This document shows, piece by piece, positions 8,228 to 15,807 of a stretch of DNA of 64,000 nt. The position numbers and the translations under genes are program-made. Under the pieces are notes generated by a model. The model was not told the origin of the DNA and made no database searches. It saw only the letters and a program-made list of their open reading frames with translations. This DNA is from Polyangiales bacterium (GTDB lineage Bacteria > Myxococcota_A > Polyangia > Polyangiales > Polyangiaceae): the NCBI GenBank assembly GCA_038231275.1, contig JBBRLQ010000015.1, positions 128,001 to 192,000 of the forward strand. The letters run 5' to 3'. Each line of letters starts with the position of its first letter. Position 1 is the first letter of the stretch.

Positions 8228-9400
8228 TTACGCCGCGCGCTTGATGCGGCGTCGGCTCGGCGTCGTGTCCACGATGTCGCGGAACAGCTTCTGTCGCGGC
8301 GTCGTCCAGAGGAGCGGGTCGCGCAGCTTGTCGAGGAACGACGCGGCGCTGTTCCCTTCGCCGAAGTGCAAGCTCGGCGCGAACCGGCGGGGCAACGACG
8401 ACAGCGCCCGCGCGATGAGCGGCGCGCTCTCGCGGACGTTCACGATCGACGGGCACTCGTAGCGCTCGTTCTGGCGCGTTCCGATGTTCACCGTCGGCAC
8501 GCCGTACACGGGCGCCTCGCGAATTCCGGCGCTCGAGTTGCCGCAGACGACCTTCGCGTCACGCATCAACGTCAGAAAATACTCGAAGCGCATCGACGGA
8601 ATCAGGCGCACCCGCGGGTGATCCTTGATGCGCTCGAGCGCGCGGAGGACGACGTCGCTGCCCGCGTCGTTGTTGGGGTAGATGGCCACCCACGAGAGGT
8701 TGCTCTTCAGGATGCCGGCGACGACGGCGTCGATGTTCTGCGGCAAATCCGCCAGCTCGGTCGTCACGGGGTGGTACGTGAAGATGCCGTATTCCGGAAA
8801 ATCGATGGCGTACTTCTTCCGGACCTCGGCGAGGCTCGGCAGATCGTCCGAGAGCATGACGTCCACGTCGGGCGAGCCGATCGCGAAGACGGCGTCGGGG
8901 TCCTCGCCCATCTGGATGAGGCGGCGGCGCGCGTCGTCGTTGGCGACGAAGTGGACCTGCGCGAGCTTGGTCACCGCGTGGCGCAAGAGCTCGTCGACGG
9001 TGCCCGAACGCTCGCCCCCCTCGAAGTGCGCGACGAGCACGTTGTTGAGCGCGCCGACGATGGCGCCGGCGAGGGCCTCGACGCGATCGCCGTGGACGAC
9101 GATGAGATCGGGTTGGTACTCGCGGACGTAGTGCCCGAGACCTTGGATGGTGGAGGCGACGATCTGATCCATCCCCGGGACGTGGCTCGCGTCCTGGTTG
9201 ATGTACGTGAAGACCTTGGAAAACCCGGCTTTCGTGATCTCCTTCACGGTCGAGCCGTAGCGCGCGAGCATGTGCATGCCGGTCGCGAAGATGGCGTAGT
9301 CGAGATCGCCGGAGACCTTCACCTTCTGGATGAGGGGCTTCAGCTTGCCGAAGTCGGCGCGCGTTCCGGTGAGGAACAGGATCTTCTTCTTGGCGCTCAT
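8228..9400 (-). CDS. neuC: UDP-GlcNAc 2-epimerase (hydrolysing)
   Basis: TGTRADFGKLKP, HGDRVE, EGGERSGTVDE and GNSSAGIREAP motifs. Confidence 0.93.
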   Translation of the reverse strand: MSAKKKILFLTGTRADFGKLKPLIQKVKVSGDLDYAIFATGMHMLARYGSTVKEITKAGFSKVFTYINQDASHVPGMDQIVASTIQGLGHYVREYQPDLIVVHGDRVEALAGAIVGALNNVLVAHFEGGERSGTVDELLRHAVTKLAQVHFVANDDARRRLIQMGEDPDAVFAIGSPDVDVMLSDDLPSLAEVRKKYAIDFPEYGIFTYHPVTTELADLPQNIDAVVAGILKSNLSWVAIYPNNDAGSDVVLRALERIKDHPRVRLIPSMRFEYFLTLMRDAKVVCGNSSAGIREAPVYGVPTVNIGTRQNERYECPSIVNVRESAPLIARALSSLPRRFAPSLHFGEGNSAASFLDKLRDPLLWTTPRQKLFRDIVDTTPSRRRIKRAA

Positions 9401-10428
9401 GCGACGTCCTTCCACGACAGCTGCGCGTTCTTCGGGAGCGCTCGCCCCGCGCGTCGTCCGAGGACCTTCTCGAAATCTGCCGCGCGGATCTCGCCGGTGC
9501 CGGGGCGCTTCACCCACACGTTGTCCATCGAGAGGGACTCGCCCTCCGCGACCTCGCGGATCGTCACGACCGAGGCGTACGCGAACGCGATCGTCGGCTG
9601 CTCCTCGGCGAGGATCTCCTTCGACGCGCCCATCGCCTGCCAGATCGCCTTGCTGCCGACGACGAGCTCGTGGAGCTCACGCGGATCGATCGAAATCGAG
9701 ACATCGGGACCGGGCCACGTCTTGTCGCTCGTGAAGTGCTTCTCGAGGATCGTCGCGCCGAGGGCGACGGCGCCGAAGCAGGTGTAGTTGCCGAGCGAGT
9801 GATCGCTGAGGCCCACGAGCGCGTCGGGGAACGCGCTCTTCAGGACCGCGAGGCCGCCGAGGCGGACCTTGTCGTACGGCGTCGGGTACATCGACGTGCA
9901 GTGCAGCAACGCGAACGGAACGCCAGCCTCGCGGAGGATCGCGACCGCAGGCGCGACGGAGGCGACGTCATTCATGCCGGTGGAGAGGATGATCGGCTTC
10001 CCGTAGCTCGCGATGTGACGGATGAGGGGGTAGTTGTTGCACTCCCCCGAGCCTATTTTGTAAGCCGAAACACCCATGCTCTCGAGGCGCACCGCGGCGG
10101 CGCGCGAGAACGGCGTGGAGAGATAGAGGAGGCCCTTTTGTTCGACGTACGCCTTGAGCTCGCGCTCCTCGGCCTCGTCGAAGGCGCAGCGATCCATGAT
10201 GCGCCAGATGCTCTCTTTCGCGTTGCCGGGGATGACCTCGTTGGGGATCATCTCGTCGTCGATGACGTGCGACTGGAACTTCGCGCACTCGCAGCCCGCC
10301 GCGGCGGCGTCGTCCACCATGCGCTTGGCCTTGGCCATGTCGCCTTCGTGGTTGATGCCGATTTCGGCGATGACGAGCGGCGGTTGGTCGGGGCCGAGAC
10401 GCCGGCCGTTCAGATCGAATGTGCGCAT
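9397..10428 (-). CDS. neuB: N-acetylneuraminate synthase with C-terminal SAF/AFP-like domain
   Basis: AEIGINHEG, KIGSGECNNYPLI, STGM, LHCTSMYPT, GLSDH, LEKHFT and KRPGTG motifs. Confidence 0.95.
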   Translation of the reverse strand: MRTFDLNGRRLGPDQPPLVIAEIGINHEGDMAKAKRMVDDAAAAGCECAKFQSHVIDDEMIPNEVIPGNAKESIWRIMDRCAFDEAEERELKAYVEQKGLLYLSTPFSRAAAVRLESMGVSAYKIGSGECNNYPLIRHIASYGKPIILSTGMNDVASVAPAVAILREAGVPFALLHCTSMYPTPYDKVRLGGLAVLKSAFPDALVGLSDHSLGNYTCFGAVALGATILEKHFTSDKTWPGPDVSISIDPRELHELVVGSKAIWQAMGASKEILAEEQPTIAFAYASVVTIREVAEGESLSMDNVWVKRPGTGEIRAADFEKVLGRRAGRALPKNAQLSWKDVA

Positions 10429-11135
10429 GGAATCCTCGTCGAAGGCTCGTGTCTTGCGGGCAGCAGGAAATGCTCGCGGTGCGTTCGGAACAGGTGCTCG
10501 GCGATCTGAAAATCGAGCTCGGTGTCGATGTCGCCGAGGGCGTAGAGCGGGTCGGTGACGAGCGGGTGGATGCGCTCGCCGAAGAGCTCTCCGCGATCGC
10601 GCACCATGTCGCCGCGCGACACGTAGACGACGCCGTTCTCGAAGTACGTCTTGGGCATGTCCTGCGAGCGCGTGCCGGGCGCGTAGACGGGGCGGAAGAG
10701 GCCGTCCTCCACGTGCCCCTGCTTCTCGCGGCTCGCCGTGACCGAGACGACCGAGTCCACAGGGTGCGCCATGAACGCGTCGATCGCCGAGCGCACGAGC
10801 GCGTACGGGCGGAGCGGGCAGTTGGGCTGCAAGAGGACGACGCCGAGCGGACGATAGCGGGACGACGCGAGCTCACGGAGCGTGTGCGCGACGACGCTGG
10901 CGGTGGTCGCGAGATCGGTCGACAGCTCGGCGGGGCGCATCATCACCTCGGCGCCGGTCGCGCGGGAGATCTCGGCGATCTCGGGATCGTCCGTCGACAC
11001 GACGACGCGCTCGATCTCGGGCACGGCGTGCGCGAGGGCGATCGAGTAGTGGATGAGCGGGAAGCCGCAGAAGTCTCGGATGTTCTTGCGCGGCAGGCGC
11101 TTGCTTCCGCCGCGCGCGGGGATGAGGGCGATCAT
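10410..11135 (-). CDS. neuA: Acylneuraminate cytidylyltransferase (CMP-sialic acid synthetase)
   Basis: IPARGGSKRLPRKN, VVSTDD, LQPNCPLR and DIDTELDF motifs. Confidence 0.92.
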   Translation of the reverse strand: MIALIPARGGSKRLPRKNIRDFCGFPLIHYSIALAHAVPEIERVVVSTDDPEIAEISRATGAEVMMRPAELSTDLATTASVVAHTLRELASSRYRPLGVVLLQPNCPLRPYALVRSAIDAFMAHPVDSVVSVTASREKQGHVEDGLFRPVYAPGTRSQDMPKTYFENGVVYVSRGDMVRDRGELFGERIHPLVTDPLYALGDIDTELDFQIAEHLFRTHREHFLLPARHEPSTRIPCAHSI

Positions 11136-11941
11136 GAGCGTCCCTTTTGTTGCAAGGTCCGCGCGAGGAGATCGTCGGCCTCGGCGTCGTCGGACTTGCC
11201 GAGGATCTGGAGCGCCGAGCGGGTCATGTGATCGGCGAGCGCGAGCGCGTCGAGCGCGCGGGCGGGGTCGGCGTCGGCGGGCGCGTCGGGAGCGACCGTC
11301 GGCGGCGCGTGAGGGCGGCCCGGCTGGCCGAGCGCGCCGAATCCCTGGTCGAGCGCGCGCGACGACAGCGATGCGACCGCACGCGTGTAATCCGCCTCGG
11401 AGCCCGTGTAGTACCCCTCGCGCTTGAGCGCGTGCGCGAAGCCCGCAGCGTCGCCGGCGCGCACCGCCTCGAACGCGTGCGGGAAACGCGCGCGCAGCGT
11501 CTGGAGGTAGTCGGTCGCCCCTTCGGTGGCCGAGCCGTACGCCCGGAATTTGTCCTGGATCGTGCGCTCCGTGGCGCCATAGCCCTCCTTGGTCGTGTAG
11601 GAGGTCGACAAGCCCGAGGGCCCCTGCCCTTTGATGCCGCCGAAGTTGTGGTTCATCATCGCGCGGCCGCCGCCGGTCTCGAGCGACCACTGCGCGACGA
11701 GGAGCGACAGCTGCTTGGCGGTGGGCGCGCGTCCGGTGACGGTCTCGTACGCGCTCGACAGCGCGCTCGCCGCCTCGTCACCGCCGAGCGGCGTGTGCTC
11801 CGGAGCGACGGCCCCAGGACCCCTCGCCGCCCTCGCGAGCGCCACGCCGAAGCCTCCGCCGCCGCGCTCGATCCGAGGCGGCGGCGCAGGGGCCTCCGCG
11901 TCACGGACGAGCGACGCTTGCAGCGGCTGCACGACGGGCAT
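11132..11941 (-). CDS. Glucosaminidase/FlgJ-like peptidoglycan hydrolase (GH73-like)
   Basis: AQWSLETG, NFGGIKG, FRAY and GYYT motifs; ATGA overlap with neuA. Confidence 0.75.
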   Translation of the reverse strand: MPVVQPLQASLVRDAEAPAPPPRIERGGGGFGVALARAARGPGAVAPEHTPLGGDEAASALSSAYETVTGRAPTAKQLSLLVAQWSLETGGGRAMMNHNFGGIKGQGPSGLSTSYTTKEGYGATERTIQDKFRAYGSATEGATDYLQTLRARFPHAFEAVRAGDAAGFAHALKREGYYTGSEADYTRAVASLSSRALDQGFGALGQPGRPHAPPTVAPDAPADADPARALDALALADHMTRSALQILGKSDDAEADDLLARTLQQKGRS

Positions 11942-11983
11942 ACCCGCCGCGTTGCAACCCTCAGGCCGCGGACGCCTCGCACA

Positions 11984-12208
11984 TCATGAACACTTCGGCG
12001 ACGACAGAAGCTCCCCATCATCGTCGTCAGCCGTCACCCCGCGGACTCGCTGCAGCGGCAGTTCGTGAAGAACATCTTCCTCGGCGAGAGCCGGCTGATT
12101 CTCTGCCTCGACCTCGCCCGTGTGATCGAGGACGACCCGCAGGCGGGCGACGGATCGCGCTGAATTCGGGCCGATCCAAGACCGCCGCGACCGCATCGCG
12201 GTCTTCAC
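11984..12208 (-). CDS. Hypothetical small protein
   Basis: Short ORF that fills the gap between two minus-strand genes; no recognisable motif. Confidence 0.3.
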   Translation of the reverse strand: MKTAMRSRRSWIGPNSARSVARLRVVLDHTGEVEAENQPALAEEDVLHELPLQRVRGVTADDDDGELLSSPKCS

Positions 12209-12230
12209 GACGGTCTGAGCAGGCGCTCGA

Positions 12231-12941
12231 TCAGCGGGCGCGGATGACGCGGCGGTGGATGCCGCTGCGTGGTCCGTTGGGATCGGCGGAGAACGAGGTG
12301 TACGCGGTGGGGGAGTCGTCCGCCCACTTCACCTCGACCGGCTGTCTGCGGGTGGCGTTGTGATCCTTGCAGCGCCCGCGGGCGCGCAGGAACGGATCGA
12401 ACGTCGCCACTTCGCAGACCTCGCACAGGCCGAGGTACGACTCGTACTCCTCTGCAGTGCACAAATAGTCGGCTGCCCAGAGCGACAGGATGCGGTCGCG
12501 GAGGCGCGAGCCCGGCACGTCGACGGGGATCCAGCCTTCGTTGAGCGCCTCGTCCTCGCAGCGCACGACGAGACCCCGACGCCACGCATCCCACGCGCTC
12601 ACCGCGCCGCCCTCCGGGTGCATCGACGTGCGGAGCAGCTCGCGGGCGGAGGCGATGGCGTCGTTCACGACCACCGCGAGTCGCACGGAGTCGACCACCG
12701 CCCCCGGCTTTACTTCCGGTCGATCCAGCCCGACGACCAACTGAGACGAGGTTCGCGTGATCTCCGCGTACGGCCCGGCCAGCCACGCGGCGAGCTCGTG
12801 CTTACCCCAGCGCGGCGCGCCGTTCGAGAACGCGAGCAGCGCCACGCGGCACGCGCGCGTCACGCCGAGCGTGCGAAGCGACCTCGGGAGCGTGAAGATG
12901 GTCTGCGTCTCGACCGTGTGGGCATGAGCGACGGCGTGCAT
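12231..12941 (-). CDS. Hypothetical protein with possible C-terminal zinc finger
   Basis: Protein-like composition; CEVC...RCKDH motif. Confidence 0.6.
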   Translation of the reverse strand: MHAVAHAHTVETQTIFTLPRSLRTLGVTRACRVALLAFSNGAPRWGKHELAAWLAGPYAEITRTSSQLVVGLDRPEVKPGAVVDSVRLAVVVNDAIASARELLRTSMHPEGGAVSAWDAWRRGLVVRCEDEALNEGWIPVDVPGSRLRDRILSLWAADYLCTAEEYESYLGLCEVCEVATFDPFLRARGRCKDHNATRRQPVEVKWADDSPTAYTSFSADPNGPRSGIHRRVIRAR

Positions 12942-13074
12942 GCCGTCTTCAGTTGCACGTTGGAGGCCAGCGAAGGAGCCACGAATTTGACTGCTCTCCT
13001 TGAGGCTCAGAGGCGGCAACGACGAAACCTTGACGTCGAGAGCTTGACGGTGTCGAAAAAACGTCGGCCTCGCC

Positions 13075-13100
13075 TCAAGACTCGGCAGGATCGGCCGTTC
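13075..13100 (+). promoter_or_regulatory. Sigma28-like promoter for histidine kinase
   Basis: TCAAG(13075-13079)-N15-CCGTTC(13095-13100), followed by an AAGGAG RBS and ATG at 13122. Confidence 0.65.
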
Positions 13101-13121
13101 GACCTACGGAAGGAGTGCTCC

Positions 13122-13907
13122 ATGGCATCGCCGACGAGGCTCGCACCCAGGATCGAGAGGCATGATTCCCGCGCCGAAAAGCCCGACAGCGGCGTGTACG
13201 CCGTGGTGAGGCCGCGCGAGGAGACCGTCTCGGCCTACGCCGCGCACGACGCCAAAAACATGCTCGGCGTCCTCGCGAGCAACGTCGACTTCTTGCGAGA
13301 GGCCATCCGGACACACAAGGAACAGGGCGACATCTTCGCCGCGCTCGACGATCTCGAGGGCTGCGCCCGGCGGCTCGCCTGCATCATGGAGCAGGCGATC
13401 GAGCCGAAGGCCGCGATGGACGCGTTCAAGCCGCGAAAGACACGCGTCAACGTCGTGACGGTGGTGCAAGGCATCTACCAGCAGATGCGACATCAGGCGT
13501 CGGAGTCCGACGTCCGCCTCGAGGTGCGCGTGCAGTGCGACGCGACCGCCAACATCGACGCTGCGCTGATGGAGCGCGTCCTCGGCAACCTCGTCGACAA
13601 CGCGCTCCGGTTCACGCCGCGCGGAAAGGTCGTTCGCATCGGGTGCGCGCTCGCGGGCGACGAGATCGAGCTGACGGTGACCGACGAGGGACCGGGGCTG
13701 GATCCCAGCCACATCGACCGCATCTTCGAGCCCTACTTCACGACGGGCGCGGGCGCGTTCCCAGGAGAGTCGGCGCACTCGGGGCTCGGACTCGCGTTCT
13801 GCCGCACGGTCGCGCGCTTGCACGGCGGCGACGTCCACGCCGAGAACGTCCGGGGCGAGGGCGGCGCGACAGGCAGCCGCTTCATCGTGACCTTGCCAGT
13901 CGCCTGA
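13122..13907 (+). CDS. Cytoplasmic histidine kinase (HisKA + HATPase_c, no sensor domain)
   Basis: H-box AHDAKNML, N-box NLVDNALRF, DEGPG, FEPYFTT and GLGLAFC. Confidence 0.88.
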   Translation: MASPTRLAPRIERHDSRAEKPDSGVYAVVRPREETVSAYAAHDAKNMLGVLASNVDFLREAIRTHKEQGDIFAALDDLEGCARRLACIMEQAIEPKAAMDAFKPRKTRVNVVTVVQGIYQQMRHQASESDVRLEVRVQCDATANIDAALMERVLGNLVDNALRFTPRGKVVRIGCALAGDEIELTVTDEGPGLDPSHIDRIFEPYFTTGAGAFPGESAHSGLGLAFCRTVARLHGGDVHAENVRGEGGATGSRFIVTLPVA

Positions 13908-13984
13908 CGTCACGGGGAGCTTCGTTGCGCGCGTGCGCCCGCTGCGTCTCGCGCGGCGCCGCGGAGTCGTGGTATCCCCGCGCC

Positions 13985-14935
13985 ATGAAGAAGCGCCGCC
14001 TAGGGAGCAGCGATCTTGAGGTCAGCGAGATCGCGCTGGGCTCGTGGCTCACGTTCGGCTCCGGCGTCCCGCGCGCGCAGGCCGAGGCGTGCGTGAAGCG
14101 GGCGTTCGACGTCGGGATCGACTTCATCGACACCGCCAACATCTACGGCCGCGGCGCCGCCGAGACCTTCCTCGGAGAGGCGCTGAAGGGCGTGCCGCGG
14201 AAGTCCTACGTCCTCGCGACGAAGCTGTATTTCCCGATGACGCCGACCGACTTCGGCCTGAGCGCGGCGCAGATCAAGAAGCAGCTCGAGGCGTCGCTGA
14301 AGCGCCTCGGGACCGACTACGTCGATCTCTACCAGTGCCATCGCTACGACTCCGCGACGCCGCTCGAGGAGACGATGCGCGCGCTCGGCGACGTGGTGAA
14401 AGAGGGGAAGGCGCGCTTCATCGGAATGAGCGAATGGACCGCCCCGCAGATCGAAGCAAGCTTCGCGGTCCCCGACGTCGCGCGCTTCGTCTCGAGTCAG
14501 CCGCAGTACTCGATGCTGTGGCGTACGCCGGAGAAGCGCGTGATCCCTACGTGCGAGGCGCGCGGCATTTCGCAGATCGTGTGGTCGCCGCTGGCCCAAG
14601 GCGTGCTCACCGGCAAGTACCTCCCCGGCGCGCCGGTGCCCAAGGGCACGCGCGCGGCGAGCGACTCGATGGGGGGATTTTTGGGCGACGAGTGGCTGAA
14701 CGATCGCGTGCTCACCGCGGTGCAGAAGCTCGTACCGATCGCGACGCGTCGCGGCCTCACGCTCGCGCAGCTCGCGCTCGCGTGGGTATTGCGTCTCCCG
14801 AACGTGGCGAGCGCGATCATCGGCGCGACGCGACCCGAGCAGGTCGAGGACAACGCGAAGGCGAGCGGCGTCGTCCTGACCGAAGAGGATCTACGCGACA
14901 TCGACGCGGCGATTGCGCCGCACGCGCAAACCTGA
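13985..14935 (+). CDS. Aldo/keto reductase (Kv-beta-like family)
   Basis: SEIALGSWLT, DTANIYG, DLYQCHR, QPQYSML and WSPLAQGVLTGKY. Confidence 0.93.
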   Translation: MKKRRLGSSDLEVSEIALGSWLTFGSGVPRAQAEACVKRAFDVGIDFIDTANIYGRGAAETFLGEALKGVPRKSYVLATKLYFPMTPTDFGLSAAQIKKQLEASLKRLGTDYVDLYQCHRYDSATPLEETMRALGDVVKEGKARFIGMSEWTAPQIEASFAVPDVARFVSSQPQYSMLWRTPEKRVIPTCEARGISQIVWSPLAQGVLTGKYLPGAPVPKGTRAASDSMGGFLGDEWLNDRVLTAVQKLVPIATRRGLTLAQLALAWVLRLPNVASAIIGATRPEQVEDNAKASGVVLTEEDLRDIDAAIAPHAQT

Positions 14936-14951
14936 CCCGCCCGCCGAGGAC

Positions 14952-15635
14952 TCAAGGGAGCGCGCGCGGGTCTTCGAGGATCGCCGCCGTGAACGACGCG
15001 CGCAGGTAAAAACCCCGCGGCACGGTGGGGATGCGCTCGCCCTCGCGGCCCCACGAGACGGTGCGCGCCGCGCCGTCCCGCGCCTTCGGCCTGACTTGGA
15101 GCCACCGTCCGGTGTGCGCTGTGAGCGCCTCGACGTGGCCCAGCGCGATCGCGCCGACGGCGTCGTCGAAGTCCGCGCGGAGCACGGCGTCCTGCTCGGC
15201 GGTAGGCGACCAGAGTCGCGCGCGGCCTATTTTTCTCGCGGAATGCGCGGCGTCGTGGGTCGCGACGAGCGGCACCCACAAGACGCGCGAGAGCTTCTCT
15301 TTCACCCACGACGTCTCCCACTCGACGCGATCGACGTCATCCATCGGGAGCGTGCACACGTAGGTGGACTCGAACGGGCGCCCGCGGTCGTCCGTCGGAA
15401 TGGTCTTCAGCTCGACGCCGAGGGCGGGAAAATCGTGGACCTTGGCGGAGCCGCCGGTCGCGCCGAGCGCGCGCTCGAGGAGCTCCCCCCCTTTTCCCTT
15501 CGTGCGAACGCCCTCCGCGTCGAAGCCGAGCCCGAGCTCCTCCGCGAGATCGCCGAGCGTTCGCCCCTCCAGCGCCGCGGCGCGCTGCACGAGGTCCGTC
15601 TCGTCCGCCGGCGGCTCCGCGCGCTCGCGCACCAT
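14952..15635 (-). CDS. mutH: MutH-family DNA mismatch repair endonuclease
   Basis: KG..GELLERALGA, DF..LGVELKTIP, WETSWVKEKLSRVLWVP, LWSP, LQVRPKA and PRGFYL are collinear with enterobacterial MutH. Confidence 0.88.
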   Translation of the reverse strand: MVRERAEPPADETDLVQRAAALEGRTLGDLAEELGLGFDAEGVRTKGKGGELLERALGATGGSAKVHDFPALGVELKTIPTDDRGRPFESTYVCTLPMDDVDRVEWETSWVKEKLSRVLWVPLVATHDAAHSARKIGRARLWSPTAEQDAVLRADFDDAVGAIALGHVEALTAHTGRWLQVRPKARDGAARTVSWGREGERIPTVPRGFYLRASFTAAILEDPRALP

Positions 15636-15702
15636 GCGACGACTCTACCCCAAAGGAGGCGCCCGGAAGTACGCGGCGACGCGCCCGCGCGCGGCGATCT
15701 GC

Positions 15703-15728
15703 TTAAGGCATCGGCCCCCGAACCGTTC
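15703..15728 (+). promoter_or_regulatory. Sigma28-like promoter upstream of RTX lipoprotein
   Basis: TTAAG(15703-15707)-N15-CCGTTC(15723-15728). Confidence 0.55.
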
Positions 15729-15807
15729 TTGCGACTGAACACGAAGTTCCTTGGCCGGCTCGGCGCCGCCCGAGGCCAGGCGCAAACAGACACGGAGGTC
15801 TTTCACC

